Source: an uncultured Actinomycetes bacterium (GTDB lineage Bacteria; Actinomycetota; UBA4738; HRBIN12). From it: a stretch of 64,000 nt of DNA. The position numbers and the translations under genes are program-made. This document shows, in pieces, positions 1 through 10,447 of this stretch (position 1 is the first letter of the stretch; every line of letters starts with the position of its first letter). Below the pieces are notes generated by a model. It made no database searches. It had not been told where the DNA came from and was given only the letters and a program-made list of their open reading frames with translations. The stretch covers positions 22,148 to 86,147 of the forward strand of contig CAVPLL010000002.1 in NCBI GenBank assembly GCA_963706005.1, in the 5' to 3' direction.

Positions 1-11
1 AAGTCGGCCAC

Positions 12-1453
12 GTGAACCCGGAGTTCCTGTCCCGGCTCCAGTTCGCCCTGACCGCGAGCTTCCACTTCATCTTCCCCCCGATCTCGATGGGTCTCGGCCT
101 GCTCATGGTCTGGATGGCGTGGAAGCACGTCCGGACCGGCGACCCCGTCTGGCGCCAGGCCTCCTTCTTCTGGACCAAGGTCTACGGGCTCGTGTTCGCG
201 CTCGGGATCGCGACGGGGGTCGTGCAGGAGTTCGCCTTCGGGATGAACTGGTCGCAGTACTCGCGGTTCGTCGGCAACGTCTTCGGGAGCCTGCTGGCGG
301 CCGAGGGGGTGTTCGCGTTCTTCCTCGAGGGCGGCTTCCTCGGGCTGATGCTGTTCGGCGGCGAGCGGCTCGGGCCGCGGATGTGGCTGCTCGCGACCTC
401 CCTCGTGGTGTTCGGCGCGCACTTCAGCGCGCTCTGGATCCTGATGGCGAACTCGTGGATGCAGACCCCGCAGGGGTTCACGACGCACATGACGCAGTGG
501 GGCAGCCAGGCCTTCATGAGCGACTTCGGATCCGTCGTCTTCACGCCGTCGTTCCTCCCGCGATTGCTGCATACGTGGGTGGCGTCGTGGATGATCGGCG
601 CTGCGTTGATCCTGTCCGTGAGCGCCTGGTACCAACTGAAGAACCGACATCAGGAGTTCGCGAGGAAGAACTTCTCGATGGCCGTGAGGTTCTTCACGGT
701 CCTGGCGGTGCTCCAGGTCTTCATCTTCGGGGCGCAGATGGCGATCGCGGTCACGAAGAACCAGCCGGAGAAGTTGGCTTCGATCGAGGGGAACTGGACG
801 TCGGAGTCCTGCGCGCCCCTGTACCTGATCGGTTGGGTCGACGAGGGCTCGGAGAAGACGTACGCCATCGGCGTCCCGTGCTTGCTGAGCTTCCTGTCGT
901 ACGGGAGTTTCGACGCCACCGTCCCCGGCATCGACACGTTCCCGACGAAAGACTGGGCGCCGGTGAACGTCGCCTTCCAGGCGTACCACCTGATGATCGA
1001 CCTCGGGTTCCTGTTCCCCCTGATCGGTGTGGTGGGCTGGTTCGTCTGGCATCGGCGCAGGGGTGAGCGCATGCCCCGCTGGCTCTTGTGGGTCTTCGTG
1101 TCGACGGTGTTCCTCACGGAGGTCGCGACGATCGCCGGATGGTGGACGGCCGAGGTCGGGCGACAACCGTGGATCGTGTGGAACGTCCTCCGCACCGACG
1201 AGGCCGTCTCGCCGACCCTCAGCACGCCGCAGGTCTTCCTGTCGTTGGTGACGTTCGCTCTCCTGTACGCGTTGCTGCTCGCGCTGTTCCTGTTCCTGCT
1301 CGACCGGAAGATCAAGCACGGGCCCGAAGAGCCCGAGCCCGAGGGGACCAGGAGACGGGTCTGCCGGACACCTTCCGCGAGCTGTTCGGCCGCAAGGCCC
1401 AGGCTCGCACGGCCGTCGACCCCGCGGCGCTGGAGGATCATGTCGCTCGCTGA
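12..1453 (+). CDS. cydA: cytochrome bd ubiquinol oxidase subunit I; C-terminal tail frameshifted at a G-run near 1343-1346
   Basis: N-terminus MNPEFLSRLQFALTASFHFIFPPISMGLGL and the rest of the ORF read as CydA. After ...KIKHGPEEPEPEG the 0-frame becomes Arg/Pro/Ser junk with no stop until 2108. The -1 frame gives DQETGLPDTFRELFGRK...EDHVAR with a stop at 1453 that overlaps the cydB ATG at 1440. Confidence 0.9.
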
Positions 1454-2464
1454 CCTGTGGTACGTGCTGTTCGTGGCGATCATCGCCGGCTACCTGATCC
1501 TGGACGGGTTCGACCTGGGGGTCGGGATGCTCCATCCCGTTCGTGGCCAAGGACGACCGGGACCGGCGCATCGTCCTGAACAGCATCGGTCCCGTCTGGG
1601 ACGGGAACGAGGTGTGGCTGGTGGTCGGCGGGGGCGTGCTGTTCGCCGCGTTCCCGGTCGTCTACGCCGCGCTGTTCTCCGGGTTCTACTGGGCGTTGAT
1701 GCTGGTGCTGCTCACGATGATCCTGCGCACCGTCGCGATCGAGTTCCGGAGCAAGCGGGAGGGTTCGAGCTGGCGGATCCTGTGGGACGTCGTGTTCTCG
1801 GCCTCCTCCTACGGGCTGGCGCTGCTGCTCGGCGTCGCGTTCGGCAACGTGATCAGCGGTGTGCCCCTGAACGAGAACGGCGATGTCGAGATCGGGAGCA
1901 TCCTGGATCTCCTGCATCCCTTCGCCTTGTGGCTGGGGTTGACGACGATCGCGATGCTGTTGCTGCACGGGGCGCTGTACCTGAGCGTGAAGACCGAGGA
2001 CGACCTGCAGGCTCGCCTCCACCGGTGGATCCCGCGCCTCCTCGGGCTGTTCGCCGTCGCGGGCGCCGTCGGCGGCCGTCTGGATCGCCGTATCCGAGTA
2101 CGGGGTGACCGACACCTACGTCGACGACGTCTGGCCGATCGTGTTCCCGATCGGCGCGCTCGTCGCGTTCGTGACCATGGTGGTGATGTGGCGTCGTGGC
2201 CGGGAGGCCGCCGCGTTCTTCGCGAGCTCGGCGATGCTGGCGCTGTTGCTCGCGACGGTCTCCGCCGGCCTGTACCCGAACATGCTCAAGTCCTCGACCG
2301 ACCCCTCCTTCAGCATGACCGTGACGAACGCGTCGGCGGCCTCGAACACGCTGACCGTGATGCTCGTCGTGGCGATCATCGGGATCCCGTTCGTCCTGCT
2401 GTACACGGCAGGGGTGCAGTACCTGTTCCGCGGCAAGGTGAAGCTGACCGAGAGCAGCTACTGA
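1440..2464 (+). pseudogene. cydB: cytochrome bd ubiquinol oxidase subunit II, split over three frames (breaks near 1536-1538 and 2068-2075)
   Basis: MSLADLWYVLFVAIIAGYLILDGFDLGVGMLHP (frame of 1440), then VAKDDRDRRIVLNSIGPVWDGNEVWLVVGGG... (frame of 1543), then AAVWIAVSEYGVTDTYVDDVWPIV...LFRGKVKLTESSY (frame of 2105). The first break fits an extra C in catCCCgttc. Confidence 0.85.
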
Positions 2465-2465
2465 C

Positions 2466-3401
2466 ATGGAGCCGTCGCCCACGGCTCACCCACCCTCGGG
2501 GGAGCAGCACCTGATCCGGCACGCCGATCAGGCGGCTGTCGTCACCGAGGTCGGGGCGACCTTGCGCTCCTACTCGGCGGGAGGTGTTGACGTCGTCGAC
2601 GGCTTCGGCCTTGCCGAGCCGTCATCCGCTGGCCGCGGACAGGTGCTGGCACCCTGGCCGAACCGTCTCGATGGCGGTCGATACGGGTTCGACGGCCGCT
2701 CCGGGGCGGCCGCGATCGACGAGCCCGAGCGCGGAAACGCGATCCACGGGTTGGTGCGTTGGCTTCCCTGGCTGCTCGCTTCAAAGACCGACGAGGCGGT
2801 CGCGCTGGAATGCGTCCTGCACCCACAGCCCGCGTATCCCTGGCGGCTCGAGCTGGGCCTCGAGTATCGGCTCGGGACGGACGGGCTCCTCGCGGTCGCG
2901 CGTGCGACGAATGCCTCTGCCGAGGCGGCCCCGTTCGGGATCGGGTTCCACCCCTACCTGACGATCGGGATCCCGGTCGACGACGTACGACTGACGATCC
3001 CGGCCGCGCGCCGGCTGATCACGGACAACCGGGCCCTTCCGGTCAGGGAGGAGGACGTCGCCGAGACGGAGTTCGACTTCACCGGCGGTCGTCCGGTGGA
3101 CGCGACTCGGCTGGACACCTGTTTCACGGGTCTCGCTCGCGGGTCTGACGGCCGGTCCCGCGCTCGGCTCGAGTCGGCCGACGGCGAACGCGGCGTCGAG
3201 GTCTGGGTGGACGAGGCGTTCGGCTACCTCCAGGCTTACACGGGGGACACGCTTGAGCCGGCGTCCAGGCGCCGGCAGGCCGTCGCGATCGAACCGATGA
3301 CCTGCCCGCCGAACGCGTTCGCCTCCGGCGTGGACGTGATCCGGCTCGAGCCTGGTGCTTCGTGGTCGGGGGTGTGGGGGATCGCGCTCCGTCAGGGGTA
3401 G
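2466..3401 (+). CDS. aldose 1-epimerase (galactose mutarotase-like) family protein
   Basis: 311-aa ORF with GRGQVLAPWPNRLDGGRY, GNAIHGLVRW and GFHPYL motifs. The ATG lies 2 nt after the cydB stop. Confidence 0.85.
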   Translation: MEPSPTAHPPSGEQHLIRHADQAAVVTEVGATLRSYSAGGVDVVDGFGLAEPSSAGRGQVLAPWPNRLDGGRYGFDGRSGAAAIDEPERGNAIHGLVRWLPWLLASKTDEAVALECVLHPQPAYPWRLELGLEYRLGTDGLLAVARATNASAEAAPFGIGFHPYLTIGIPVDDVRLTIPAARRLITDNRALPVREEDVAETEFDFTGGRPVDATRLDTCFTGLARGSDGRSRARLESADGERGVEVWVDEAFGYLQAYTGDTLEPASRRRQAVAIEPMTCPPNAFASGVDVIRLEPGASWSGVWGIALRQG

Positions 3402-3477
3402 GAGTGCGCAGACGAGCGTGACCGGGCACCGAACGATGGCTCGCGCCATTCTCCCTCCATCGTGACGGACGGCCTCC

Positions 3478-5026
3478 CTAGAGTCGCTCGAGCAGGTGGT
3501 CTCCGACGCGCAACGCGTTCGCCATCGCCGTGAGGGCGGGATTCACCGCACCGATGCTCGGGAAGCAGCTCGTGTCCACCACGTACAGGTTGTCGAGCTC
3601 GTGCGCCTTGCAGTTCGGGTCCACGACGGAGGTGGCGGGGTCCGAACCCATCCTGCAGGTGCCGGCCTGATGCGCGACCCCGGCGACCGGGATGGTCGTC
3701 TTCAGGTAGGCGTTGCGGGGGATCAGGTGATCAGGGTGCAGTCCCAGATGCCCCAGCATCGACTTCAGCTTGTGGTACAGCCGCTTGCCGGACTCCTCGT
3801 TGCTGGGCTCGTACGCGAGCTTGACGTTGCCGTCCTTCTCCAACGTCACGCGATTCTCCGGGAGCGGCAGGTCTTCGGTCGAGAGCCAGAAGTCGATGGC
3901 GTGTGTGGCGATGTCCTTGAGCGCGAACGTTGGCGCGAGCTTGGTCTCGATCGGCTTCTCGCCCTTGTACATCTCGGCCTGGGACTTGCCGACCATCTGG
4001 ATGTTGCCCATCGGGTACTCGTACCCGTCGTCCCCGAAGTAGAAGTCGTTCACGCCGAGGGTCTTCTGGAAGACCGTGGGGTTCGGCTCCTTCGACAGGG
4101 CCAGCACCGCCTGGCTGTAGTGGAACATGTAGTTGCGCCCGACCTGATCCGACGCGTTGGCCAGGCCGTTCGGATGCTTGTCGTTCGCCGACGCCAGCAG
4201 CAGCTTGGCCGAGTTGGCCGCGCCGCAGGACACCACCACGACGTCGCCGGTCACGGTCTCGGTCGACCCGTCGAGTCCGATCACGACCTCGGTCACCGAC
4301 CGTGCCCTCGGGGTCGGTGTCCAGCCGGATCGCGGGCGCGTCGGTGAGCAGCGTGACGTTCGGCGATCCGAGCGCGGGGCGAACGCCCATCACCTCGGCG
4401 TCGGCCTTCGCGTGCAGCGGGCACGGGAAGCCGTCGCAGTTGCCGCAGCGGACGCAGATGCTCGTCTGTGGGGTGTCCTCGTCCCGGAGCACGCCGCACG
4501 GCGCATGGAACGGGTGGAGGCCGGCGGCGGCGAGATCGTCGGACAGTTGCTGGATCCGGGGCTCGTGCGGGAGCGCCGGGAAGGGATAGGGGGCGCTCGA
4601 GGGCGGCTCCGTTGGGTCCTCGCCTCGGGCGCCGCGAACCTGATAGAGCTCCTCGGCCATCGTGTAGTAGGGCTCCATGTCGCCGTACTCGATCGGCCAC
4701 GCCGGGGAGATCCCGTCGGGGTACTTGAGCTCCCCGAAATCCTTCTCCCGCAAGCGATACAGGGCGGCACCGTAGAGCTTGGTGGCACCCCCCACGTAGT
4801 AATGGACCTGCGGCTGGAAGGGCCTGCCCTTGGCGTCGTACCACGTGTCGGGTGAGATGTACCGGCCGTCGATGAAGACGTCCGCCGTGCTCCAGTTCTG
4901 CGGTTCTCGGGGCAGCCAGTCTCCGCGCTCGAGCAGGAGGATGCGCTTGCCGGACGGGGCCAGGTGCCGCGCGAGCGTCCCCCCGCCCGCGCCCGTGCCG
5001 ATGATGATCACGTCGTAGTCGGTCAT
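3478..5026 (-). pseudogene. GMC family FAD oxidoreductase, one frameshift near 4296-4310
   Basis: N-terminus MTDYDVIIIGTGAGGGTLARHLA (GxGxxG) behind a GGAGGAG RBS. The C-terminal half (ORF 3478..4296, ...VVVVSCGAANSAKLLL...VVDTSCFPSIGAVNPALT) is in another frame. ATGA overlap with the upstream GH15 stop. Confidence 0.85.
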
Positions 5027-6921
5027 GAGATCTCCTCCACACGCTCGGCCAGGATGATCCGGCCTGCGGCCTCGATCAGGGCCAGGTGCGAGAACGCCTG
5101 CGGGAAGTTGCCCAGATGCCGTCCGGTGTCGACGTCGTACTCCTCGGCGAACAGGCCCAGGGGAGAGGCGATGCGAAGCAGGCGCTCCATCAGGTCCCGG
5201 GCGCGCTGCCACTCGTGGATGATCGCCAGGGAGGAGACGAGCCAGAACGAGCAGATCAGGAAGGTCCCCTCCTTCCCCGACAGGCCGTCGTCGGTCTCGT
5301 CCGTCTTGTACCGGAGGACGTAGCCGTTCTCGGTGAGCTCGTCGGCGATCGCCAGCACCGTCGCTCGCAGGCGCTCGTCCTCGGGCGGGAGGAAGCCGAA
5401 CAGGGCCGCGAGGAGGACCGACGCGTCGAGCGCGTCGGTGTCGTAGTGCTGGCGCAGGACCCCGCGATCGTCGACGCCGCGATCGAGGATGTCGGCCTTG
5501 ATCTCGTCGGCCGTGCCCTGCCAGGTCTCTCGAAGCGCTTCATCTCCCCCGATCGCGGCGAGCTTGGCCGCGCGATCCATCGCCACCCAGCACATCAGCT
5601 TGGACGAGACGTAGTGCTGCGGCTTCCCGCGCGCCTCCCAGATCCCCTGATCGGGTTCCCGCCAGACCGACGTGGCGCCCGCGGCCTGGGTCTGTACGAT
5701 CGGCCACAGACGCCGCGGCAACCGCTGGCTCCGGCGCGTGTGCAGGAGGATGGAGTCCAGCGCGGCACCGAAGACGTCGTTCTGCCGCTGATCGAACGCC
5801 CCGTTCCCGATCCTGACGGGGTGGGCGCCCGCGTACCCGGAGAGCTCGTCCCGGGTCGATTCGGTCAGGTCGCGGCGGCCGTCGATCCCGTACATGATCT
5901 GCAACGCCCCGTCCGTGTTCGGCTCCAGATCGGCCACGAACTGCATGAACTCCTCGGCCTCCCAGTCGAGGTTGAGGAAATGCAGCGCTTGAAGGGTGAA
6001 CGTCGAATCCCGGATCCAGGTGAACCGATAGTCCCAATTGCGTTCCCCGCCGGGCGTTTCCGGCAGCGAAGTCGTCAGGGCTGCCACGGTCGCCCCCGTC
6101 GGCATGTACGTGAGGCCCTTGATCGCCAACGCGGAGCGCTGGATCGGTTCCCGCCATCGATGGTCCGGGACCCGCGCCCGGGCGAGCCAGGCGCGCCAGA
6201 ACCGAACGGTCGCCGCTATCCGGGCCTCGGCGTCGTCGACGTCGCTCGGGGTCTCCAGTTCGTGGGCCCACGACAGGGCGCAGAACGCGCGGTCGCCGGC
6301 GCTCAGGACGTGACGGGCTCGCACGCGCTCGCCCTCGATGCCCAGCGACAGGTCCGTCCGCAACCGGAACTTCTGGTCGGCGCCGGTCGCGTCGGCGATG
6401 CCATCGTCTCCGTCGCCGAGGCTCCACGTCGCCGGGATCTCCCCGTAGTCGAAGATGGGTTCGCACACGAGTTCGATCTCGACCTGCCCATCCAGGCACA
6501 CGGCCGTCCGAACGAGCATGTGATCGGCGTCGTCATCGGCGGGTGGTCGGGTATGCGGAGTGACCAGATCGTCCCCTTGCCGCGTCCCGAGCGTCAACGC
6601 ATCGCGCACCATCACCCAGCCGCCCGTGGTCTTCCAGGTCGTCACGAGCACGTTGGTGCCGGGCTCGTATGCGATCTGCGACGGCACGTTGATGCCGAAC
6701 GGCCCGAACCTGAACGACCCCGCCTGCCGGTCGAGCAGGCTCCCGAAGACGCTCGGCGAGTCGAACTTCGGCAGGCAGAGCCAGTCCACCGCGCCGTCGG
6801 GCGCGATCAAGGCCCCCGTGTGACAGTCCGACAGGAACGCGTAGTCGGCGATCGGCGGGAACGGCGACGGCATCGCCGCGCTCTGTGCGCCACTGGTGGT
6901 GGCCTTGGCACGTTCGTTCAT
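5023..6921 (-). CDS. glycoside hydrolase family 15 protein (glucoamylase/trehalase-like)
   Basis: MNERAK...IADYAFLSDCHTGALIAPDGAVDWLCLPKFDSPSVFGSLLD... is a typical GH15 N-terminus, followed by the catalytic (alpha/alpha)6 region. The start at 6921 forms an ATGA overlap with the zwf stop. Confidence 0.85.
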   Translation of the reverse strand: MNERAKATTSGAQSAAMPSPFPPIADYAFLSDCHTGALIAPDGAVDWLCLPKFDSPSVFGSLLDRQAGSFRFGPFGINVPSQIAYEPGTNVLVTTWKTTGGWVMVRDALTLGTRQGDDLVTPHTRPPADDDADHMLVRTAVCLDGQVEIELVCEPIFDYGEIPATWSLGDGDDGIADATGADQKFRLRTDLSLGIEGERVRARHVLSAGDRAFCALSWAHELETPSDVDDAEARIAATVRFWRAWLARARVPDHRWREPIQRSALAIKGLTYMPTGATVAALTTSLPETPGGERNWDYRFTWIRDSTFTLQALHFLNLDWEAEEFMQFVADLEPNTDGALQIMYGIDGRRDLTESTRDELSGYAGAHPVRIGNGAFDQRQNDVFGAALDSILLHTRRSQRLPRRLWPIVQTQAAGATSVWREPDQGIWEARGKPQHYVSSKLMCWVAMDRAAKLAAIGGDEALRETWQGTADEIKADILDRGVDDRGVLRQHYDTDALDASVLLAALFGFLPPEDERLRATVLAIADELTENGYVLRYKTDETDDGLSGKEGTFLICSFWLVSSLAIIHEWQRARDLMERLLRIASPLGLFAEEYDVDTGRHLGNFPQAFSHLALIEAAGRIILAERVEEIS

Positions 6922-8330
6922 CGGGACATCCATGGGTCGTGCCATGTGCCGGATCCCTCGACGAGCGCGTTCGCCGCGTCGGGTCCCCACGTTCCCTGGC
7001 CGTACGGGTTGACGGTCGGCGGTGCGTCCAGTAGTGGCTGGAACACGCGCCACGTCTCCTCGACGCCGTCTTGCCGTGTGAACCGCGTGCTATCACCCGT
7101 CATCGCGGCGTGGAGGAGTACTTCGTAGGGTGTCGGTCCCTCCCCACCTTCCTGTGCGAACTCCATGTCCAGATGGATGGGTGCGGTCCCCGCTCGGTCT
7201 GCTCGGTGCGCCTCCACCATGAGTCTGATCCCGGTCGTCGGATCCAGCCGGACGACGAGCTGATTCGGTTCGGGCCGGCGGTCGATCGCCGCGAAGCCGA
7301 GCTTGGGCGGATGCTTGAACACCAGCCGGAGTTCGGTCTGGGTGGTCGGCAGGCGCTTGCCCGTCCGGATGAAGAACGGAACGCCCGACCAGCGCCAGTT
7401 CTCGACCTCGAGTCGAAGCGCCACGAAGGTCTCGGTCGTTGAGTCTGGCGCGACGCCCTCGATCGAGCGATAGCCCTCGTACTGGCCCCGCACGTAGTGG
7501 GCGGGGTCGGCCTCCTGGATGGCACGGAACAGGTTGACCTGCGCGTCCTTGATGGTCGTCGGGTCTCCTCTGGACGGTGCTTCCATCGCGCATGCGGCGA
7601 CCATCTGCATGAGGTGGTTGACGACGACGTCGCGGAGCGCGCCGACCGGGTCGTAGAAGTGACCCCGGTCCTCGACCCCGAACGACTCCGCCATCGTGAT
7701 CTGCACGCTGGAGAGGAAGTTGCGGCTCCACACGGGTTCGAGGATCGCGTTCGCGAACCGCAGGTGAAGGATCTCGATCAGGCCCATCTTCCCCAGGTAG
7801 TGGTCGATCCGGTACAGCTGCGACTCGTCGATGTACTGGTGAATCTCCTCGGCGAGCGCGATCGCGGACTCGCGGTCGTGGCCGAACGGCTTCTCGACGA
7901 CGACGCGGGCCGAGTCGGTCAGGCCCGCCTCGTGGAGCCCCTTGATGACCGTGCCGAAGAGGAACGGCGGGATCTCCAGGTAGAAGACCGGCGTCTGCGC
8001 CTCGGAGATCGCGTCGGCGACGTGCTTGTACGTCTCGGCGTCGGAGAAGTCGCCGGCGACGTAGGAGAACCGGGCGGCGAGGCGGTCGAAGATCGCCTGG
8101 TCCAGAGGCTCGCCCGTGCCCGTGATCGACGTCCTGGCACGCTCCTTCAGATCGTCGACAGACCAGTCGTCCACCGCCACGCCCACGATCGGGCAGTCGA
8201 GCAGACCGCGACGCTCCAACCGGTACAGCGAGCGGAACGTCATCACCTTGGCCAGGTCGCCGGTGATGCCGAACACGACGAGCACGTCCGCGGGTCTTGC
8301 CGCATCCTTCGCTCGGGCGCTTCCTGCCAT
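6918..8330 (-). CDS. zwf: glucose-6-phosphate dehydrogenase
   Basis: MAGSARAKD...VVFGITGDLAKVMTFRSLY...RIDHYLGK...EKPFGHD signatures. GAGGAGGAA RBS upstream of the ATG at 8330. The 1133-aa ORF on the track is an artefactual 5' extension. Confidence 0.95.
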   Translation of the reverse strand: MAGSARAKDAARPADVLVVFGITGDLAKVMTFRSLYRLERRGLLDCPIVGVAVDDWSVDDLKERARTSITGTGEPLDQAIFDRLAARFSYVAGDFSDAETYKHVADAISEAQTPVFYLEIPPFLFGTVIKGLHEAGLTDSARVVVEKPFGHDRESAIALAEEIHQYIDESQLYRIDHYLGKMGLIEILHLRFANAILEPVWSRNFLSSVQITMAESFGVEDRGHFYDPVGALRDVVVNHLMQMVAACAMEAPSRGDPTTIKDAQVNLFRAIQEADPAHYVRGQYEGYRSIEGVAPDSTTETFVALRLEVENWRWSGVPFFIRTGKRLPTTQTELRLVFKHPPKLGFAAIDRRPEPNQLVVRLDPTTGIRLMVEAHRADRAGTAPIHLDMEFAQEGGEGPTPYEVLLHAAMTGDSTRFTRQDGVEETWRVFQPLLDAPPTVNPYGQGTWGPDAANALVEGSGTWHDPWMSR

Positions 8331-8350
8331 GTCGTTCCTCCTCGGCTCGG

Positions 8351-10447
8351 TCAGCTGCTGCGCGTTCGTCCCCGCGGCGATCGTCCGCGACCGTGCGATC
8401 CGCGGCCGGCGACGTCGACCCGTCCCCGGCCGAACGCGTCGATCCGGCCCCATCGTCCCGGGATGTCCAGCAGTTCGAGGCGTCCGATGCTCTGGGGCAG
8501 CGCCGGATCGACGATCAGGTGCTCGCCGAAAGGTTCGAGCCCGAGCATCGTCCGCAGGAACAGCAGGGGCGCCCCCGTCGACCACGCCTGCGGGCTGCAC
8601 GCGGTCGGGTACTGGACGGGGTACTTCGTGAGCGAGCGCTCGTACCCGCCGAACGCCTCGGGCAGCCGTCCGTCGAAGTACCCGGCCGCATCCAGGATGC
8701 CCTCGGCGATCGTCGCCGCCTCGGCCTTGAACCCGTATCGGCGGAGTCCCCAGGAGATGAACGAGTTGTCGAAGGGCCACACGGTGCCGACGTGGTAGCC
8801 GATCGGGTTGTAACGGCCCTCGCCCTCGGCGAGCGTTCGCACGCCCCAGCCCGAGAACAGCCTCGGGCCGAGGAGGTTGCCGACGACCGCCTTGGCCTTG
8901 GACTTGTCCACGATGCCGCTCCAGAGCAGGTGACCGTTGTTCGAGGCGAGCGAGTCGACCTGGTTGCCCTCGGTGTCGAGCGCCAGCGCGAAGTACCCTT
9001 CGTCCGCGACCCAGAAGTCGCGGTTGAAGCGACGCTTGAGGTCGCCCGCCTCCTTCTCGAGGCGATCGGCGAACGCCGGGTCGTTCCAGACCAGCCGCGC
9101 GAGGCGCGCGCCGCGGACCTTCGCGTCGTACGCGTAGCCCTGCAGCTCGCACGTGGCCCGCGGGAACTCGGGCAGGCGGCCGTCCCGGTAGGAGATCGAG
9201 TCCCAGGAGTCCTTCCAGCACTGGTTCTCGAGCCCGGTCTCCTCGTTGCGGCGCCGGTACCAGACGTAGCCGTTGCCCTGGAGGTCGGCGAACGCGTGGA
9301 TCCAGTCGAGCGCCGCCCGCGCCTCGTGTTCGAGGCGGCGCACCAGCCCGCGGTCGCCGGTCCAGCGCTCGTACTCGTCCAGCAACACCACGAACAGCGG
9401 CGTCGCGTCCGCGCACCCGTAGTACGGGGAGTGGGGGCGCTCCTCGAACGCCGTCATCTCGCCGTAGCGCATCTCGTGCAGGATCCGGCCGGGGTCCTCG
9501 TCCCGGAAGTCGTCGACCCGGGTGCCCTGCCAGTCCGCGAGCACCTGCAGGGTCGTCGCGGCCAGCTCCGGGGCGAAGGGCAACGCCTGGAGGCTGGTGA
9601 AGATGCTGTCGCGCCCGAACATCGTCATGAACCACGGCAGGCCCGCGGCGGGCAGGCTCCGCCCGCCGGCGATCGGCGGTGAGAATCGGAGCGCGGCGAG
9701 GTCGACCAGGCTCCGGCGGTAGGTGGCCCGCAGTCCATCGTCGTCGCATTCCAGGCGCGGGGCGTCCTCCAGCCAGCTCTCGAGGCTGCGGCCCATGTTC
9801 GGCTGGGCGCGGCGCTCGCCGCGCTGATACTTCGGTCGGTTGAACCGCCCACCCGCACCTGCCGCGGTCACGACGTCCAGGTCGGTCGTCCACGATCCGT
9901 GGGGATCGATCCGAACGGTGAACGTCAGACCCTGGTCGTCGACGGCCGCGGGCGCCGACGCCGAGATCATCGTCATCCGCGTGAAGGTCGCCCGTTCGTA
10001 GCCGAGCAGCAGTCGCCCCTTCTCGACCTTGGCGGAGTACGTTCCCTTCTTCTCGAGCGCGTCCTTGACCTCGAACAGGTCCGCGAAGTCCGAGGCGGCG
10101 TCGACGCGTACCTTCAGATCCACCGGGGCGTCGTCGTGGTTCAAGATCGTGAGCTCTTCGTGGAAGCCGTCGCCGACCGCGCGCCGGCGGATCACGGACA
10201 GCTTGGCGTCGATGTAGACGGTGCCGGTGCCCGGCACGAGGAAGAACCGTGCCTCGAAGTACTGGAGGTCGTCGACCGACAGCGGGTTGAGCCGTTGGCC
10301 GTCGACGGTCAGCACCCACCTCGACAGGAAGCGCGTGTCGAACGAGAACAGGCCGGTCGGATCGGTGAGCGAGGCCTCGATGTCACCGCGTTCGTCGCTG
10401 ACCACGAACGTGTTGCCGTCGAGGATCTTGACGATGCCGTCGCTCAC
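8351..10447 (-). CDS. amylo-alpha-1,6-glucosidase / glycogen debranching enzyme family protein
   Basis: 698-aa ORF with N-terminal GDE-N domain and LPWFMTMFGRDSIFTS, GRILHEMRYGE, CWKDSWDS and GYHVGTVWPFDNS motifs. The GTG start overlaps the SCP2 stop (GTGA). Confidence 0.85.
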   Translation of the reverse strand: MSDGIVKILDGNTFVVSDERGDIEASLTDPTGLFSFDTRFLSRWVLTVDGQRLNPLSVDDLQYFEARFFLVPGTGTVYIDAKLSVIRRRAVGDGFHEELTILNHDDAPVDLKVRVDAASDFADLFEVKDALEKKGTYSAKVEKGRLLLGYERATFTRMTMISASAPAAVDDQGLTFTVRIDPHGSWTTDLDVVTAAGAGGRFNRPKYQRGERRAQPNMGRSLESWLEDAPRLECDDDGLRATYRRSLVDLAALRFSPPIAGGRSLPAAGLPWFMTMFGRDSIFTSLQALPFAPELAATTLQVLADWQGTRVDDFRDEDPGRILHEMRYGEMTAFEERPHSPYYGCADATPLFVVLLDEYERWTGDRGLVRRLEHEARAALDWIHAFADLQGNGYVWYRRRNEETGLENQCWKDSWDSISYRDGRLPEFPRATCELQGYAYDAKVRGARLARLVWNDPAFADRLEKEAGDLKRRFNRDFWVADEGYFALALDTEGNQVDSLASNNGHLLWSGIVDKSKAKAVVGNLLGPRLFSGWGVRTLAEGEGRYNPIGYHVGTVWPFDNSFISWGLRRYGFKAEAATIAEGILDAAGYFDGRLPEAFGGYERSLTKYPVQYPTACSPQAWSTGAPLLFLRTMLGLEPFGEHLIVDPALPQSIGRLELLDIPGRWGRIDAFGRGRVDVAGRGSHGRGRSPRGRTRSS

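Noticed and set aside
1343-2075. Programmed ribosomal frameshifting as an explanation for the cydA/cydB frame changes (and similar sites elsewhere).
   Set aside because: There are no slippery heptamers or downstream structures at the sites. The breaks are plain G/C runs of both +1 and -1 type, scattered over unrelated genes, and the unshifted products are junk. Mutation or sequencing error is the simpler explanation.
12-2108. Single 698-aa ORF that could be read as a CydA-CydB fusion protein.
   Set aside because: After residue ~445 the frame becomes Arg/Pro/Ser-rich off-frame text. It briefly passes through the true CydB N-terminus and then returns to junk. The CydA tail with a proper stop (1453) and the rest of CydB lie in other frames, so this is a frameshift artefact and not a fusion.
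6918-10319. 1133-aa ORF extending zwf upstream.
   Set aside because: The first ~660 residues are Arg/Gly/Pro-rich and overlap the well-supported debranching-enzyme gene in another frame. A clean ATG with a GAGGAGGAA RBS at 8330 gives a normal-length Zwf.
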